Source: the human T2T-CHM13v2.0 reference genome, Homo sapiens. From it: 64,000 bases of DNA. This document shows positions 26,029-43,736 of the stretch, in pieces. The stretch is from NCBI RefSeq assembly GCF_009914755.1, contig NC_060925.1, one strand, 5' to 3'. The notes under the pieces were generated by a model. It was not told the origin of the DNA, made no database searches, and saw nothing but the letters and a program-made list of their open reading frames with translations. A program made the position numbers and the translations under genes. How positions within the stretch are numbered: position 1 is the first letter of the stretch; each line of letters opens with the position of its first letter.

Positions 26029-28173
26029 CGTGTTATTTCCTTTCCTGTAAGAGAAAAATGATGAGAAGGTCTTTTCTCCAATAAGTGTCTTCAAAATGTA
26101 GCAGATTTGAAATGTGTTGGCGCCACCATTTTGCGTCTCACTTTGAAAACTTATTATTTAAAATCGTACTAAAGCCTACCTTACTTTTCCAACCTTAGAA
26201 AAAATGTTCCAAAGAAAAGGGGCGAAACCATGCTAGTTTGCCCTGAAATTTGAAATTACCTTTTAAAAATATATTTTGACATTAATTACTTCCAAACTAG
26301 AGATCAGTTGCATACAAATGGCAGGTCACCCTAATCCACCCTATGACTGCACTTAGATTCATGAGGGATTGTGCCATCTAGAAAGGGCAGAGAGGAGGAA
26401 TAGAGTGCTCTGCGTCTTGAAATATAAACATGCACATAGCCACATGCTTTGATTCTGTTGTCACTGTGTACTTACTGCTAGGAAGAGGGCATGTTTGTGT
26501 ATTTTTATGCTAATTATTATCCAAGTTGTTAATGATTTACGCTTTCAGAACCATATAAAGATTTTTTTCCTTTCAGATATAAACTATCTTGCATTGTTCT
26601 TCTGATCATATGAGGGATAAATTTGCCTAAATATTCTTCAGACCATAATAGTATGTCCATATAAATGCCAGTAGCAAGAGTAGAATCAACCACAACTGCC
26701 TTAGTAATTATTTAAAGCATGTCTGCCTATAAGTAATTGGCATTTTATATAATCAAGAATCTTTGATATAATAATCTCTCAACTATTTGAAACACGGCTC
26801 ACATGTATTAATTTTTTAAGCAAATATATATATAATATCAGTGTATATGAAACTGAATTTTGGACTTTAGAACAGCTTCTTAGAATCCTGACTTAAATGT
26901 CTACAGTAATAGTTGGCTTAAAAAAATTTAGCACACTGTCACTATGATGAAAAAAATTACTATAAAATATTTAAAAATTTTTTCCACCCTAACATTTAGA
27001 ATATTCTCACATTTGTGGTTAAAACCTATTGTGATTGTTCTTAGAATTTAGATAAAAAATGTCCCAGAAAGATTGAAGAGAAGCACTTTAGTCAATTTTT
27101 AGTTGTTGAAGCATGAAGAAATGGCATTTCATTGACATTTTAAAAATTATTCAGATTCCCTCTTTGAATTCAAGAATTTCAAAGATATCTTATTTTAAAA
27201 TACCAAAATAGGAATAGAATATGAAGGGCTGGTTATGAGTAATATGATACAATTTTATGAGATGATGAGATTACAATAACAATACCTCCTCTCATAGAAT
27301 AGCCAGCAAGTCTCCACTAAATAACAGTGCCTTGATTTTATAGATGTTTCATCATGGATATTGAGTTAATGTGAACCATTTGTAGACACAGGAGTTTATT
27401 AAAGACTTATATAATATCTTTCAAGTATTTAGAATAGTGTTGAAATTAAGCCTGCATCCCCACGATTTTCAGCGGTGCTGATGCCTAATAAACTCAACCC
27501 CTTGCATGCCAAAATTGGCTTAAAGCCCATCTGTTACCCAAGCTACACTTCAAGCATCGAGGTTCAAAAATGTGATTTTGAATATGCAAGAGTTTGAGGA
27601 ATTCACTACTCACACTTTCTTGAACAGTCTATCCAAGTGCATCAAGCAAAATGTGAGTAAAGAAATTTTGAGCAAAGGATTGATAGTAATGTTGAATACA
27701 TTTAATAGTAGATCAAAGATTAAAAGGTGAAAGTGAGGGTGAGAAGAGTGTATGAATGCTTTGTGTTCTGACAAAGAGAATGTAGCACCCAGGTCCTACC
27801 TGCTTGGATGCATTGCCAGTGCCCACGGTAGGCCATTTTATCCAGGTTTTTAGGTATTGTCTTATTTTGTTTGGTTTTTTTCTTTTCAGGAGTGTTAGTC
27901 CAAGACCAATAACTCCGTAACTGGTAGATTTGGAAGACTTTAATAGTGCTTAACATTTTGTACATAGCTTTATAACAGTTTTCTTTTTCTTTTTTTCTGA
28001 GAGATTCTTTTCAATATACCCCATCATGGTTGAACTCAAAAATCATTGCTTATTTAAAATCTACAACTGCTGACGTTTTGTAACGTTCGCATTCCAGGTA
28101 ATTGCTTTTTTGTGCATTTTCTGTATTTTTCTCCATCAGTCTACCTAGATATTTGTTAGATTTAATATTTTAA

Positions 28174-28575
<402 letters not shown>

Positions 28576-28699
28576 ATCTCCTTCATTCTTTATGTTTATT
28601 TTACTGCTTTTATCTCTCTCTCTCTCACTGTTTCTCTCCTTCTCACATTCACTTTGCAGTTGTCAAATAGCCCAGGTGATGTTACAGATTTACTCCTTA

Positions 28700-31300
<2,601 letters not shown>

Positions 31301-33284
31301 AATTGCTGTAAATCATTAATGATTGAGTTTCTTTAAATCTGTCCAATCTCAAGTCATTTTTATTTGCCATTTCCAGGGAATGTGAAATGAGACTAATTTA
31401 CCTCTGATTCTTCTTTATACTGAGGAGATAAATTTTGGTGCTAGCTTTAGGGAAGAGCTCCTGTGTGATGCCCTATCTTGGGAAACACTATGTATTTCTT
31501 TACTGTCCTATGTGATGTATGACCATAGGAATCTGCACTCATTCATTTTGCTACATGTCCGTAGGGCAAAATCAGTATCAGTGTTTAGGTGTATTTTGTC
31601 TGCTCCCTGCATTCCCATGGTTTTGACCTTATCTTTTACTTTTTTTTGTGAACATACCAATGCTTCAATTTTTTTCCAGTAATATAATCAACCATACTAT
31701 AAGAGAAAAATTTCGATAAAACACAAATTTCATGTTTTCCTACTCTAATTGGCTTTTACGTAAAAATACAGGTAAAATTTATTTGTGCTTTTTTGCTATT
31801 TCTGTTTTGCTATTTTCTGTTTGTCTATGTCTTCACCACATAGACACAATTAGGGAATTTTGTACACTCTTGTGCCAACTGCTTTGATAGTAACAAAATG
31901 TATTTCTCGAACTCCTAGGTATAAAACTCAAGTATCCACTATTTAAATTCTTTTTTGCTCACTTCTAGTATGTTTCCAGTCTCAATAGAAATCGATGCCA
32001 ATCCAGAAATACAAGCATTATTCTAATACTTCTCACACATTACTGGTATGGATGACATTTTCTAGATCTCCTTAAATACTATCATTTTTCACTACTTGTA
32101 TCTTAACTGTTAAGTTCAACATTTTCTGTAATATTAATATATTGTGAAAATTTCCTTTCTTTCTTATTTGTCCCAGGTTCAATGTTTTGCAGTCTCTACC
32201 TCACCCTGTGAAGCATAAACATTGTACATGCTGTACAAATAATACATCGTTCATGTACTTAGAGATTGCACAATTTTTATTTGGTTGACAATAGCTAATG
32301 TTTTCTTCTTCATTTTCTATTTCCTGATTTTTCTTTATTTAGTATATACTACACTGCCATAAAAATAAGAACGTTTTACAAACTAAAGCAAAAGGAACCC
32401 TAGGAATAAAATGCACAAATAAAATATATAAACATACGTTTAGGTGTACCACGTACACTTGTAATTTATTTAGACTTTTAATTTTAGTACAATTTTAATT
32501 AAAGTCTGTGTATTATCTGTCATCGTCTTAGTATTTTTTATATAACAAATTGTGTAAATCAAAAAGTATCAATGTCATTGTAAACTATCTTGGCAGAGGT
32601 TGATCTCCAAGGAATAATTTCTCTCCTAAATTATGCCAATCCAAATTTCACTCTACCGTCATTCTTTTCATCAGTTTCAGAGGAATAATAAATTTCAAAA
32701 TTGTTCAAGGTACTTCTTTTAGTTCAAGTAACATTTGACAGGTGTAAAACTGTAGACAGACTGATACAAACGTATTCTAATTGACTCAAAATTATATGGG
32801 ACCTATTTTAAAATCTAGATTTTAAAATGTCGTGTCAACATACACATGTTCTCCTTGTGAAATAATTGTTTTTTATTCTCTGGATAGAATAATTTAATCT
32901 TTAAACCTTCCATTCACTCTTAGAAACAATATATTACATAAGGATATGCTTATAAAAATAATTCCCAACTAGCTTTTCAGTTCAGAAATATATGTGAAGA
33001 ATCATCAAACATCTAATGGATTTCAAGGAGAAATGGGTTAGTAATTTATTCCATATGTCTCAATTTTTCCTAGACTCAAGGCTTCCTTTAAAATAATTGT
33101 AGGCATTTAAGAAACCATGCAAACTAAAAAGAAGAAACTGTGACGCTGCCGCTTAGGCTTTTTAAGTCTTTGGACATGATTCAATATATTTTTTAAATTG
33201 TATCTTAATTAGACATTGTGAGTTCACCATCTTCCTGTCAATACAGCATCCAAGCTGATTATCATAGATTACAAGTTCAACTAT

Positions 33285-33715
33285 CAACTGTGTTCTGAGA
33301 GTCTAAAAAAATAAATGAACGTATTTGTTTGGGTATTCTTAAAGCAGGAGTGAGGACACAGCGAAAGTGAGACAAGGAAAAGAGAACAAAATAAAACAGG
33401 AAAGACAGAAAAGCCAATACCACACGTGTTAAGAGGTAAGTTCCTGTGTTAGATATCTGGGCTTAATTTTATGGGAAGCTATGTGGAGCATGCCTCAGAA
33501 TTACATCACTGAATCCAGGGAGATTCTTCTTAGTTACCCTCACCTTTTCTTCCCACTTCATGCCCAGTAACAAGCTCCCGTGCTGCTAGAGAAAGTCCTC
33601 AGCTAGAAACTGGTGCAAATTCTGGAGATGAGACCTTGTAGAGTGTTAAGAATGGTTTTCTTCCCAGCAGCTACAACTAAGGAATAGGGGCTGGGCTATG
33701 AATACATCTGCTACA
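33285..33715. mobile_element. Possible old ERVL LTR (LTR33-like)
   Basis: gaaagtgagacaaggaaaagag...aaagccaat...atgcctcagaatt pattern, from recall only. Confidence 0.3.
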
Positions 33716-35565
33716 AACCAATAAAGCCCTTATGCTCCTTTTGGTGATCGACAATGTATTTAAAAATATTAGATGATCAAGAAGGGCTGCAGAAAGGAGG
33801 AAACAGAAACAAACAGCACACCTCTTGGTTTATTTTTTTTCATTTCATCAGTTTCAAGGAAAATATGTTGGGAGTTCCTGGCATAGAGAATGTCACAAAG
33901 ACATGTTTTCAATAGTAGTGCTATCCCGAGGGCAGAGAAGACCCAGAGAAAGCCCAAGTGGCTGCTGGAACAAAATCAGACACCGTGCCACCTGTCCACA
34001 CTCCTTGGCTCTGCCATCATGCTGAAGATCGCTTTAAAGGACTGGCTTCCCTCCCCCCAAAATTAAAAGAGCACAGACTGAGAAACTGAATGTGGGAGAC
34101 AGCAGTGGATTATGCTGTTCTCAGGGGTCACCTCAGGTTTGGAAGCATTCTTTCAAATTAACCCATCTCAGGCCATCTGCAGAGAAGAAAGGTGGTACCT
34201 AACTTTTTTTCTTGTCGGCATTTGGTAGGGGTGTTTTATTGACCAAATATGTTCCCACAACCTCGTTTTTTGTGACTAACTAAATATAGTAGAGTTTTAA
34301 ATTTTATCATCAAAATCTATAGACAATTTTTGATGAAAATAGACTCCATCTCTATGTCCTGCTTTTCTTCTTCTTATTAATTACATTGCTGTATAAAAGA
34401 ACAAGACTTCAGCATCAAGAATATCTTGTCTCTTGGCATTGAATTTATACAAGGTGCTCTTTCTTTAATGCTGTCTCAAAGGACATATTTTTACTCATTA
34501 AAAAGGAAGATCGGAATCTAGTTGTATGCACTGCTCCAACATATTAATAATTAAAATTAGGAGGTAAATGTGGTCAAAGCTATAGAAAGACTGAGATGTC
34601 ATTTACATCGATTACTCTATAGCACTCTACAAACAGAAATTGTTAAATAATAGTTTATATAAATATTTTGTAGCATTTCAAATATTTGAGTGCTTGAAGT
34701 TTCTCCTCTTCTATAGTTCAGATTATCAATTTGAAGACTTACTCCGCTAGTTAATATGTTTTTAGTCTCGTTTGAGTATTATATAAAAGCAATTTTCAGT
34801 TAAATGTGTTCCGCTTACATAAAACGTTACAAATTATTGAGGATTTAATTACTTATTCATGTTCCTGTAATGTCTTTAGAAGATTTTCTTATTATTACCT
34901 ATCAATATATGTATGCTTTGTCAAAGAAAAATCAAACATATATATCATTGAAATTGAAACTTTTTAAAAGTACTTATTAATTCTATTGAAAAACCACATC
35001 CATAGGAACAATTACAATATAATATTGTGAACATGTAAACATATACCCTATGTCTATTTTATGTATAAGCATGTATGATTAAAAATATAGTGAAGAATTT
35101 TTAAACCTAGTATTATAAAGTAAAAATTAGTTAACTTCCGATGATTATTTGTTAATTAAGATAAAATTATTTTGATTTGGGTGATTTTAAATAAAGAAAA
35201 ATATTAAATTACATGACAAAAATTCTTTATAAAATGTTTATGATTTTTACATTGGTTTTATCACTTTTCCCACTATTTTATTTTAAGATGACCTGCCTTG
35301 TTTAAAACACTGTATTCATCTTAGTTAAATTAGATTCCATTTGTAAAATAATTAACAAATGATTTGCTCTATTGTACAGTGCGGTTATAAACTGAGTCAG
35401 TATCTCAAGATTTGATCCCCATTATCATCATCTGTGGCCCTATTTGTTTTATAAATGTATTGTCTTTTTCCATGCCTGTCACATCTCTATTGCTCTTTCA
35501 TTTTTCTCTTTGTCCCTTATAGGGAGCATTGCCTATCTCTAGATTAAGCAAAAGTTGCATCATAA

Positions 35566-36013
35566 AAAAGCACAATAACCTGCTCAATCTTTCTCACACA
35601 GAGAAATGTTTGTTAAGTAATTAAAGTGTAGATGTTGATACAAAGAGCTTGATTAAATTAGATGCCAAAGTACCCTTGTGATTCAGAATATGAATGGTAT
35701 TTAATTTCTTTGAAATCATTAATTGCTGAGTGAGATTAATTAATGCCAATATTCCAGAAGATGTTCTACTTAGTGAAATGTATACAACGAAAAGCACAAT
35801 AACCTGCTCAATCTTTCTCACACAAAGAAATGTTTGTTAAGTAATTAAACTGTAGATGATGATACAAAGAGCTTGATTAAATTAGGTGCCAAAGTACCCT
35901 TGTGATTCAGAATATGAATGGTATTTAATTTCTTTGAAATCATTAATTGCTGAGTGAGATTAATTAATGCCAATATTCCAGAAGATGTTCCAGTCAGTGA
36001 AATGTATACAACG
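35566..36013. repeat. Direct tandem duplication, 2 x 224 bp
   Basis: Copies at 35566-35789 and 35790-36013, with 7 substitutions and no indels by hand alignment. The twin ORFs at 35621 and 35845 are offset by 224. Confidence 0.95.
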
Positions 36014-36711
36014 TGCAAAAGATTCAGAACTCTGAAGGGCAACATTATTCTATAATTAAGAATTAAGAATTAATTCACATTAATTACTGGGGAGAAATAA
36101 TTTTTAAGAATTAATGACTGAGAAAATGTTTTTATTTTTTATTTAGAAAATTATTTTGTGCATGAGCATTACCGCAAGTTTTGCAAGAAACATAAATTTA
36201 AAGAAACAATTATGTGCACAAGATGAATTTAATAACATCTTGATATATTCCACGATTGCGGTTTTATTTGGTAAATCTTTCAAGGCACACCATTTAAAGA
36301 GAATAAATGAGTCTTGGAAATCTTGTAGGTAAGGGTAAATATTAGGATGCATCCAGTTACATTTACACACACATACAGTTACATTTACACACACATACAC
36401 GCATACAGACTGAGTCACGTGTGTGTATATATATATATGAATTTACCAATTGATGTTAACTAATATTTATAAGAGCCAGTTGGATTGATATATATTGTTG
36501 AACCTGAAAAATATTTATTATATGCATGTTTAAAATACACACAGAAATAAATAGCAATTGCACTAGGCATTTGAAACTGTACTAAAATATAAGCTGTGAA
36601 CATTTTGTGATCATTACAAATTCTTACACTGAATAAATATTTTTATTTTTACAATATTAATATGTTTGATACCTGTGTATATTTTTTTACAATGTGTTAT
36701 TTTATTTTTGT

Positions 36712-37059
36712 CATAGAGTCATGTCATGCATAATAACATTTTAGTCAAAGATGGATTACATATACAAAAGTGGTCCCATGAGTTTATAATAGATATTTTT
36801 ACATACTTTTCTACGTTTAATTATGTTTAGATACATAACCTCTTACCACTGTGTTCTTATTGCCTGCAGTATTCAGTACAGTAATGTAGTACACAGATTT
36901 GTAGCCTGGGAGAAAGAGGCTATACCATATAACCTAAACGTGGTAGGCTGTACAATCTAGGTGTTTGTAATACTCTCTGTGATGTTTGCAAAATGGTAAA
37001 ATTGCCTACGAATACATCTGTTAAAACGTATCCCTATCATTCAGTGATGTGTGACTGTA
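36712..37059. mobile_element. Tigger3a-like (MER7) DNA transposon
   Basis: gtcatgtcatgcataataacattt...gtggtcccatgag...ttgcctgcagtattcagtacagta...gatgtgtgactgta. Confidence 0.75.
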
Positions 37060-37589
37060 CTAAAATGCTCAATGTAAGTTTCAATGCCCTCCATAAAATT
37101 GTTGTACTGTGAAATACAAATCTCTCACCCATGGCCTGAATATGTTTGCAAACTAAGCAGATCATGGGAAGGAGAATGTGCTGGCACCGCTGGGATGATT
37201 TTCTCACTCTACATGAATAATATCTACAGACTTCGTGAATATGAGCCACTTGCATAGAGTTAAAGTAGGCATCTCTTTGCTGGGAAAATTATCAAATGGG
37301 AGTATGAAGTGTTTTTACAAGATACTCGTTTGTTTGTAGCTGGTAGGCCTACAGTGGCTCTTGGTAATGGTTGAGGTTGCTAAGATTTGGTGGAAGAAGG
37401 CAAAATGAAATGGCCACTTATATGGTATATGGTATATGGATCACTTATTTCTGTTGAGTTACAAACTCAGCTGGCTATTTCTCCTATGTTAGTTATTTGG
37501 AGAAAAAAAAACGTGATGGTAATTTTGGGGTAACAAATACAATATTTGATGAAAGCAAATTTATTGAGGGTTAGACAAACTACAAGATA

Positions 37590-37965
37590 CTTTAGGCTAC
37601 AAAGTCAACACGAGAGTTCTGGCCCAAATTGTGCAGAGTTTGCGTCCAGCTGCACAGTTCAAAGGAAGAGGCCATGTAAGAAGATTCTCACTTCTGACAC
37701 CAACTGCCAGTTCAGGGATTTCCCCTGAACACCCTCAGTTTCAAGAATTTACTAGAAAGACTCACAGAACTCATTGAATGCCATTGTACTCATGGTTTAT
37801 AATAGAGAAAGGGTAGAAATTAGGACCAATAGAAGAGACATATCATATAAGGTGGAATCTAGGAGATTTTGAAGGTTAAGTTTCCATTGTCTTCAGGACA
37901 TATTACCTGTCATTGTTGTACAGCAACAAACATGGAGTACTACCAACCTGGGGAGCTCACCTGAT
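37590..37965. mobile_element. MER21-like LTR fragment
   Basis: cacttctgacaccaactgc...aatttactagaaagactcacagaactca...ccaacctgggagctcacctga. Confidence 0.6.
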
Positions 37966-37974
37966 GCTAAGAAG

Positions 37975-40540
37975 ACACTATTTACAAAATGAAAAGACAA
38001 AGGAAAGGATGAGATAAGATGACGTTCCACATTAAGGCACTGGAACGAATAGCAAACTAAACCTAAAGCAAGCAGAAGGAAGAAAATTAAAATTAGAGAA
38101 ATTAATAATTTATAATAATAATATTTGTTAGTGTTGAATAATTGATATTAATTCTTGACTAGCTTTTTTAAAAAAGAGAAATATTCACTTTCCAATTTAT
38201 TCTGTGGGGCCAGTGTTACTTTGATACAAAAATTAGTCCAAATAGCATAGAAAAATAAAACTACTATAAGTATAAATGCAAAATTCCTTAAAAAATACTA
38301 ACAAATCAGATCTAGCAACATATAAAAGAATTATACACTATGACAAAGTGAAATTTATACAAGTAATCCCAGGTTGGTTTAACAGCCCAAAATCCATTAA
38401 GGTAATACATCTTATCCATAGAATAAGAAAAGAGAATTCATGATCATCTCGATAGATTCGGAAAACACATTTAACAGAATCCAAAAGCTTTAATGATTAA
38501 AAATAAAAATAAAAACTCAATGAACCAGGAATAGAGAACTTTCTACACCAGATACATGGCACCTGTGAAAAGCCAACAGCAAGCAGGCAACTTAATGGTA
38601 AAGGATGCTTTCCCGCTATGGTCAGAGATAAGAATAGGATATATACTTTGACCTCTTCTAGTCAACACTGTACTAAAGATTTTATGCAGGGCAAATCGGC
38701 AACTAAAATAATAAGAGTCACCCATAATGAACAGGAAGAAATAAAACTTTATTTGAAAATAACATTGTTGTATATAGAAAATTTTAAGGAATCCACCGAA
38801 CGATAGAACTCGTAAATTATTTCAGCAATATTACAGCAGACAAGGTAAATGTACAAAAATCAATTACACACATCTTCAATGAAAACCCCAAAATGAATTT
38901 AAGAAAACACTTCAATTTAAAATAGCATAAAAAAAGAAATATTAATTAATTTGGAAAATGTGATACAAGATTTTACTCTGAAAATTAAAAATTATTGTTT
39001 AAAGAATATTTAAATAATTAGTAAACACCTTACACCCATGAATTGGACGATTTGATATTGTAGTACTTTACAATTTGAACTACAGATTTGATGAAATCCC
39101 TGCAAGTATCCCAACAGACTTGTGTCTAGAAACTGACAAGCTGATTCTAAAATACACATGAAATTGTAAGGGACTCAAAATAGCCAAAATAATCTTGAAG
39201 AAAGAAAACATATTAGGATAATTCACACCCCATGCTCCAAACCTTACTGCAAAGTATCAGTAATCAAGACAACACAATATTGATGAAGGAAAAATATATA
39301 GATTGATGGAAGAGAATTGAGAGTCCATATATAAAACTATGTGTCTACAGTCAATGGATTCTTAAAGTGGTGCCATGTGCAATTCAATGAGGAAGAGACA
39401 GTCTTTGAACACACTGGGTCAACAACGTACACGTGGATCACCACTTGCAAAATAATAAATTAGAACCCTTACCCCAAAGCATACAAAAATATTAACTCAA
39501 ATGAATTAAAGACACACATGCAAGAGGTAGAATAAAGCATATGGGAAAATCTTCAGGATTTTGGATCTAGCAAAGAAATAGCTGTAACCCCAAAAACATG
39601 AGCAACAGAATAAAAATTAGATATTTAAAATTTCTTAAAAATTAAAGACATCGGTGTTTCAGAGGACAACCAAGCAAGTCAAAAGGCAGCTCCAAAATTG
39701 TGAGAAGATATTTGAAAAACACGTATCTATATGTCTGTATATATATATGTATCTTGAATATAGAAAAATTGGTTTAACTCCGTCACAAATATCCCAACTC
39801 AAAACTGATAAATGATAGGAATAGATGTGTTTCCCAAGAAGATACATGAACGGTCAATAATCACATAAAAATATACTCAACAGCATCACTCTTCAGGCAA
39901 CTACAAATCAAAACCACAGTTAGATACTCTATGGCTAGAACTGGCCACTTTGGAAAATAATTTGATGGCTTCTAAATATATGAAACATAGAATTGTCATA
40001 TGACCCAGAAATTTATTCCTAGGTATACACCCAGATTATTGGAAAGAGGTGTTCAAACACAAATTGTACACAAGTATTTTTAGCAGCAGTACCTAAAATA
40101 GCCAAAGGCTGAACACAACTCAAATGTCAATAAAAATACTATTGGATAAACAAAATGTTATATCCATGAAATTGAATGTTATAGAGTTATAAAAAGAAAT
40201 AAAGTACCAATACGTACATGAACCTTGATAGCATTATGCCAACTGAACGAAGCCGGGCAGAAAAGGCCACCTATTGTACGATTCTATTTAGATGAAAACA
40301 GAATAGGAAAATCTATAGAGACAGAAAACAGATTTGTGGTTGCTTAGGATTGAGTAGGGGATGGGTGCATAGGAGGTTAACAGCTAGGGAAGGTGGGGTT
40401 TCTTTTTGAAGTGATGAAAATGCTCTAAAATTCATTGTGATGGTGGCTCCACTTATCTGTGCATATACTAAAAGCCACTGACTTGTAGACATTAATGTGT
40501 GCACTCTACACTATGTAAATTATATCTCAATAAATCCTTT
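37975..40540 (+). mobile_element. Old L1 (L1MB/L1MC-type): decayed ORF2 and 3' UTR
   Basis: agcaaactaaacctaaagcaagcagaagg; gaaactgacaagctgattctaaaat; aatagccaaaataatcttg; ends at aattatatctcaataaa. Confidence 0.85.
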
Positions 40541-40559
40541 CAAAAATACACAGAAGAGT

Positions 40560-40895
40560 AAGGGGTTTTGGAATGTTGCAGCTGGGATGCAGTTTGAAAT
40601 ACTGAATAGGCCTCATCGAGAATGTGAAGTTTCAGTAAAGACCTGAGGAAGTTGAATGAGCTGATCAATGGATATATGGAGGGCTATCTTTCCAAGCCAA
40701 AAAATTAACTAGAGTCTTGATCGTAAGGCAGCAGCATGTTGGTATGTCCAGAGGACAGTGAGGTGGCCAGGACCACTGGTAAGATCAAGGGTGAAGATAT
40801 AAAAGAATTTTGGCGGTTAACATGAGGCAGATGATGATGGGCTTGCAGACCATTGTAAGAAATGTTGTTTTTAGTGTACATGAAATGGGGAGACA
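40560..40895 (-). mobile_element. L2 fragment
   Basis: gaggacagtgaggtggccagg...gggcttgcagaccattgtaagaa is a reverse L2 3' pattern. Confidence 0.5.
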
Positions 40896-42484
40896 ACTCA
40901 TTATCCCATTATCAATATTTTAATAAATTGGATCCATGAACCAAATCCAATGAGATTAAATCAATTAATAATAATATGCAAATTTGTATTAAAATTACAA
41001 GAATTACTTGCACATTTGAGAACAGGAGAGACATGATTTTTATCAGCAATAATAAACATTATTAATTTTAATTGTGATCAGCTAATTGAGATTAATTGCA
41101 ATACATCTTGATTTATAATGTGACTGTCAAAAGGAAAATATGATTGTAATCTTATACTACATCTATCAATGTCTTTTATTCATAAGAGTATAGAGTAAGC
41201 CCCTAGTTTTCAAAGCCAACCTATGAAGCAGTGACATCTTATGCAAGTTTGCTGCTTTCTGCCACAGTGATCCTTGGTCAGTGGGCACAAATTGTTTACA
41301 AAGGCCCCTAGGTCTAGAAATAGTTTGGATCACAATGAACACAGAAACACCTTCATCCCTTCAGAAATACCCATCAATTACTTCCAATACAGAATGAAAA
41401 ACTGACAAAGGAAATATGTGGATTGTAAAAATGCCAGTTAGCTTGCAACTACATGAAAGAAAAATGCCATTTTTATTACATTAGGTCATTGTCTCACATG
41501 AGTTTTGGTATAGCAAAATGTTGAACCAAGGGAAAAGAGAGATGAATTAATGAAGTCTTAAGATATCAAGAATTTGAAAGAAAAGGCAGGTCATCTTTGA
41601 AGGTTAGTGACATAGCATTCATCTTCTGTTGTCACCTTTCCCGTCATTCCCTGTATGCCTGACGGACAGGTTACACTCAAGTTCAGAGAACAGCATGCAA
41701 AATTAGCTACCAATTAATCTTTAGGAAGTGAGCTGCATTTCTAGCCAGACTGAGCTTACGTTTTAGCAGGAAGCATTTTTGGGAAATGTTTATGTTAGAC
41801 TTTGCTCTTCTTGACAAGGTGAGACATAAACGTCTACTTTATAGACATGAATTGAGATGGGAAGATATTTGGGGGAATCATTTACTCAAACGCTAAATAA
41901 TAAAGGTACACAAAGGGCAAATTATACTAGATTTCTTTCCCACTTGTTTTCTATGTCTCATGCAATTCACCTTGATTCCCTTCAGTTTCTGTTTAATGTA
42001 GAAAGTGGCATTTTCATTATTTTAAGCTTCTAGCACAATGAAAGAATTTCTCTTTTTCATGAACAGGATCATACATGAAAAGGAGGAAGAGTGTCCTATA
42101 TCATATTTATTGTTCAACAAAACACTGCTCCACGGCTTAAATTCAGTTTAAAAAAGAGAATTTGTTGAACATCTAACACATACATAAAAGGCAGTAAAGA
42201 CACATGAGAAGAGGGCAGGATATTGAAGTATACAGACTTCAATGCTGAGTTTTATATCTTAGGAAGTTACTCCACCTGACAGAAGCTCAATTTCCCCTGA
42301 TTTAGGAAGGCGATGCTAATGGGTATTGCATAGGTGTAAGTATAAAAATGTTGTATTTAAGAGAAACCCACAAGCTTGGTATAAGGCAGAAAATAAATAG
42401 ATGCGACATGAATAAGTAGTTTATTACATTTGTATGCTGCCTGCGGACTAGAGGAAGCAAGAAACACAGCCACTATGCTTGATT

Positions 42485-42722
42485 AGCATTATAGAGATGG
42501 TACGATGATGGTTGCCAGAAGCTGGGGGGAGGAGGAAATGGGGAAGTATTGTTTAATGGGTATAGAGTTTCAGTTTTACAAGATGAAACGAATTATGGAG
42601 ATGGATGGTAGGGACGGCTGGACAATGTTATGACTATATTTAGTACCACTGAACTGTACACTTAAAATGGTTAACAGAGTACATTTTATGTTATGTGTAT
42701 TTTACCACAATAAAAAAATAAA
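42485..42722 (+). mobile_element. L1MB-type 3' end
   Basis: gtttaatgggtatagagtttcagtttt...ccactgaactgtacacttaaaatggttaa...ttttaccacaataaaaaaa. Confidence 0.85.
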
Positions 42723-43609
42723 ATACCTTAGGAACATTTTCATGAAAAAGCCCACATAAAATTCATTTTAATGCACGTGTTTATGCATAGCTTTCTATTT
42801 TTCTCTTTTCTCTTTATATTCCAAATTCTAATCAGAGAAGGGAATCCCCTCTGTACCTCCAGGATATTCAGTAAAGACCACTGGAGGTCCATGCCCTAGT
42901 GACAGTGCTCATTTAGCTCCAAATTACAGATGGCTCTAGACTAACTCAACAAAGTTTAAAGAGAAGATTTAAAACAACAGACAAATACTCATCCTGAAGT
43001 TACTGAACTGCCTGTCACAACATTATTCAAAGGTAGCCAATAAAATCTAGATATTCAATAGCATAACATCAAAATACCCAAAAAAAAAAACTCTGAAATG
43101 CAAAGAAGCTGTAAGACATATATAATTAAAATATATATTAACAGGATAAAAATAAGTCATTTATAAATGACAGACAAGAAGGAAATTTCAAGATCCTTAA
43201 AGTAAATATATTTTATAAATACATATAGATAAATACATATATATGTCAAGGTACTTAAATGAAAATTAAATATAGGAGAAAAATAAAAGTTATAAAATGA
43301 AAAATGTGACATATATAGATGAAAAATAAATACTTGAAATAAAAATTCCATGAGATAGAATAAGTAATGGATTTTACCCTAACATCAGAACATTTATAGA
43401 ACAAATTGGAAGCATTACAAACTAAAGGACAAACGGTAAACTGAAATAAGAAAACCAGAAACTCACTCATAGGTCAGACAATGTGCATCAGTGTAACATA
43501 CATGTAGTCAATATCTCAAAAAGGATGGGTGGGGTAATCATAGGTGAATAAGGAATGGTACACTCATTCCTGAGGGCACCGAGGAGGGAGGATAGCTTTA
43601 GATTTCTAA

Positions 43610-43736
43610 GGGAGAGTTTTATCCATTCATGAAGGTCCAACCCCATGACCAAACACCTCCCAGTGAGCCCCACCTGCAACATTGGGGATCAAATTTTAAC
43701 ATGAGATTGGAAGGGGCAAGCATTCAAACCATAGCA
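43610..43736 (-). mobile_element. MST (MaLR) LTR fragment
   Basis: ccccatgaccaaacacctccc...caacattggggatcaaattt.aacatgagatt...caaaccatagca. Confidence 0.7.

Noticed and set aside
26119-26135. YY1-like motif gcgccaccattttg
   Set aside because: A single imperfect short match with no promoter context.
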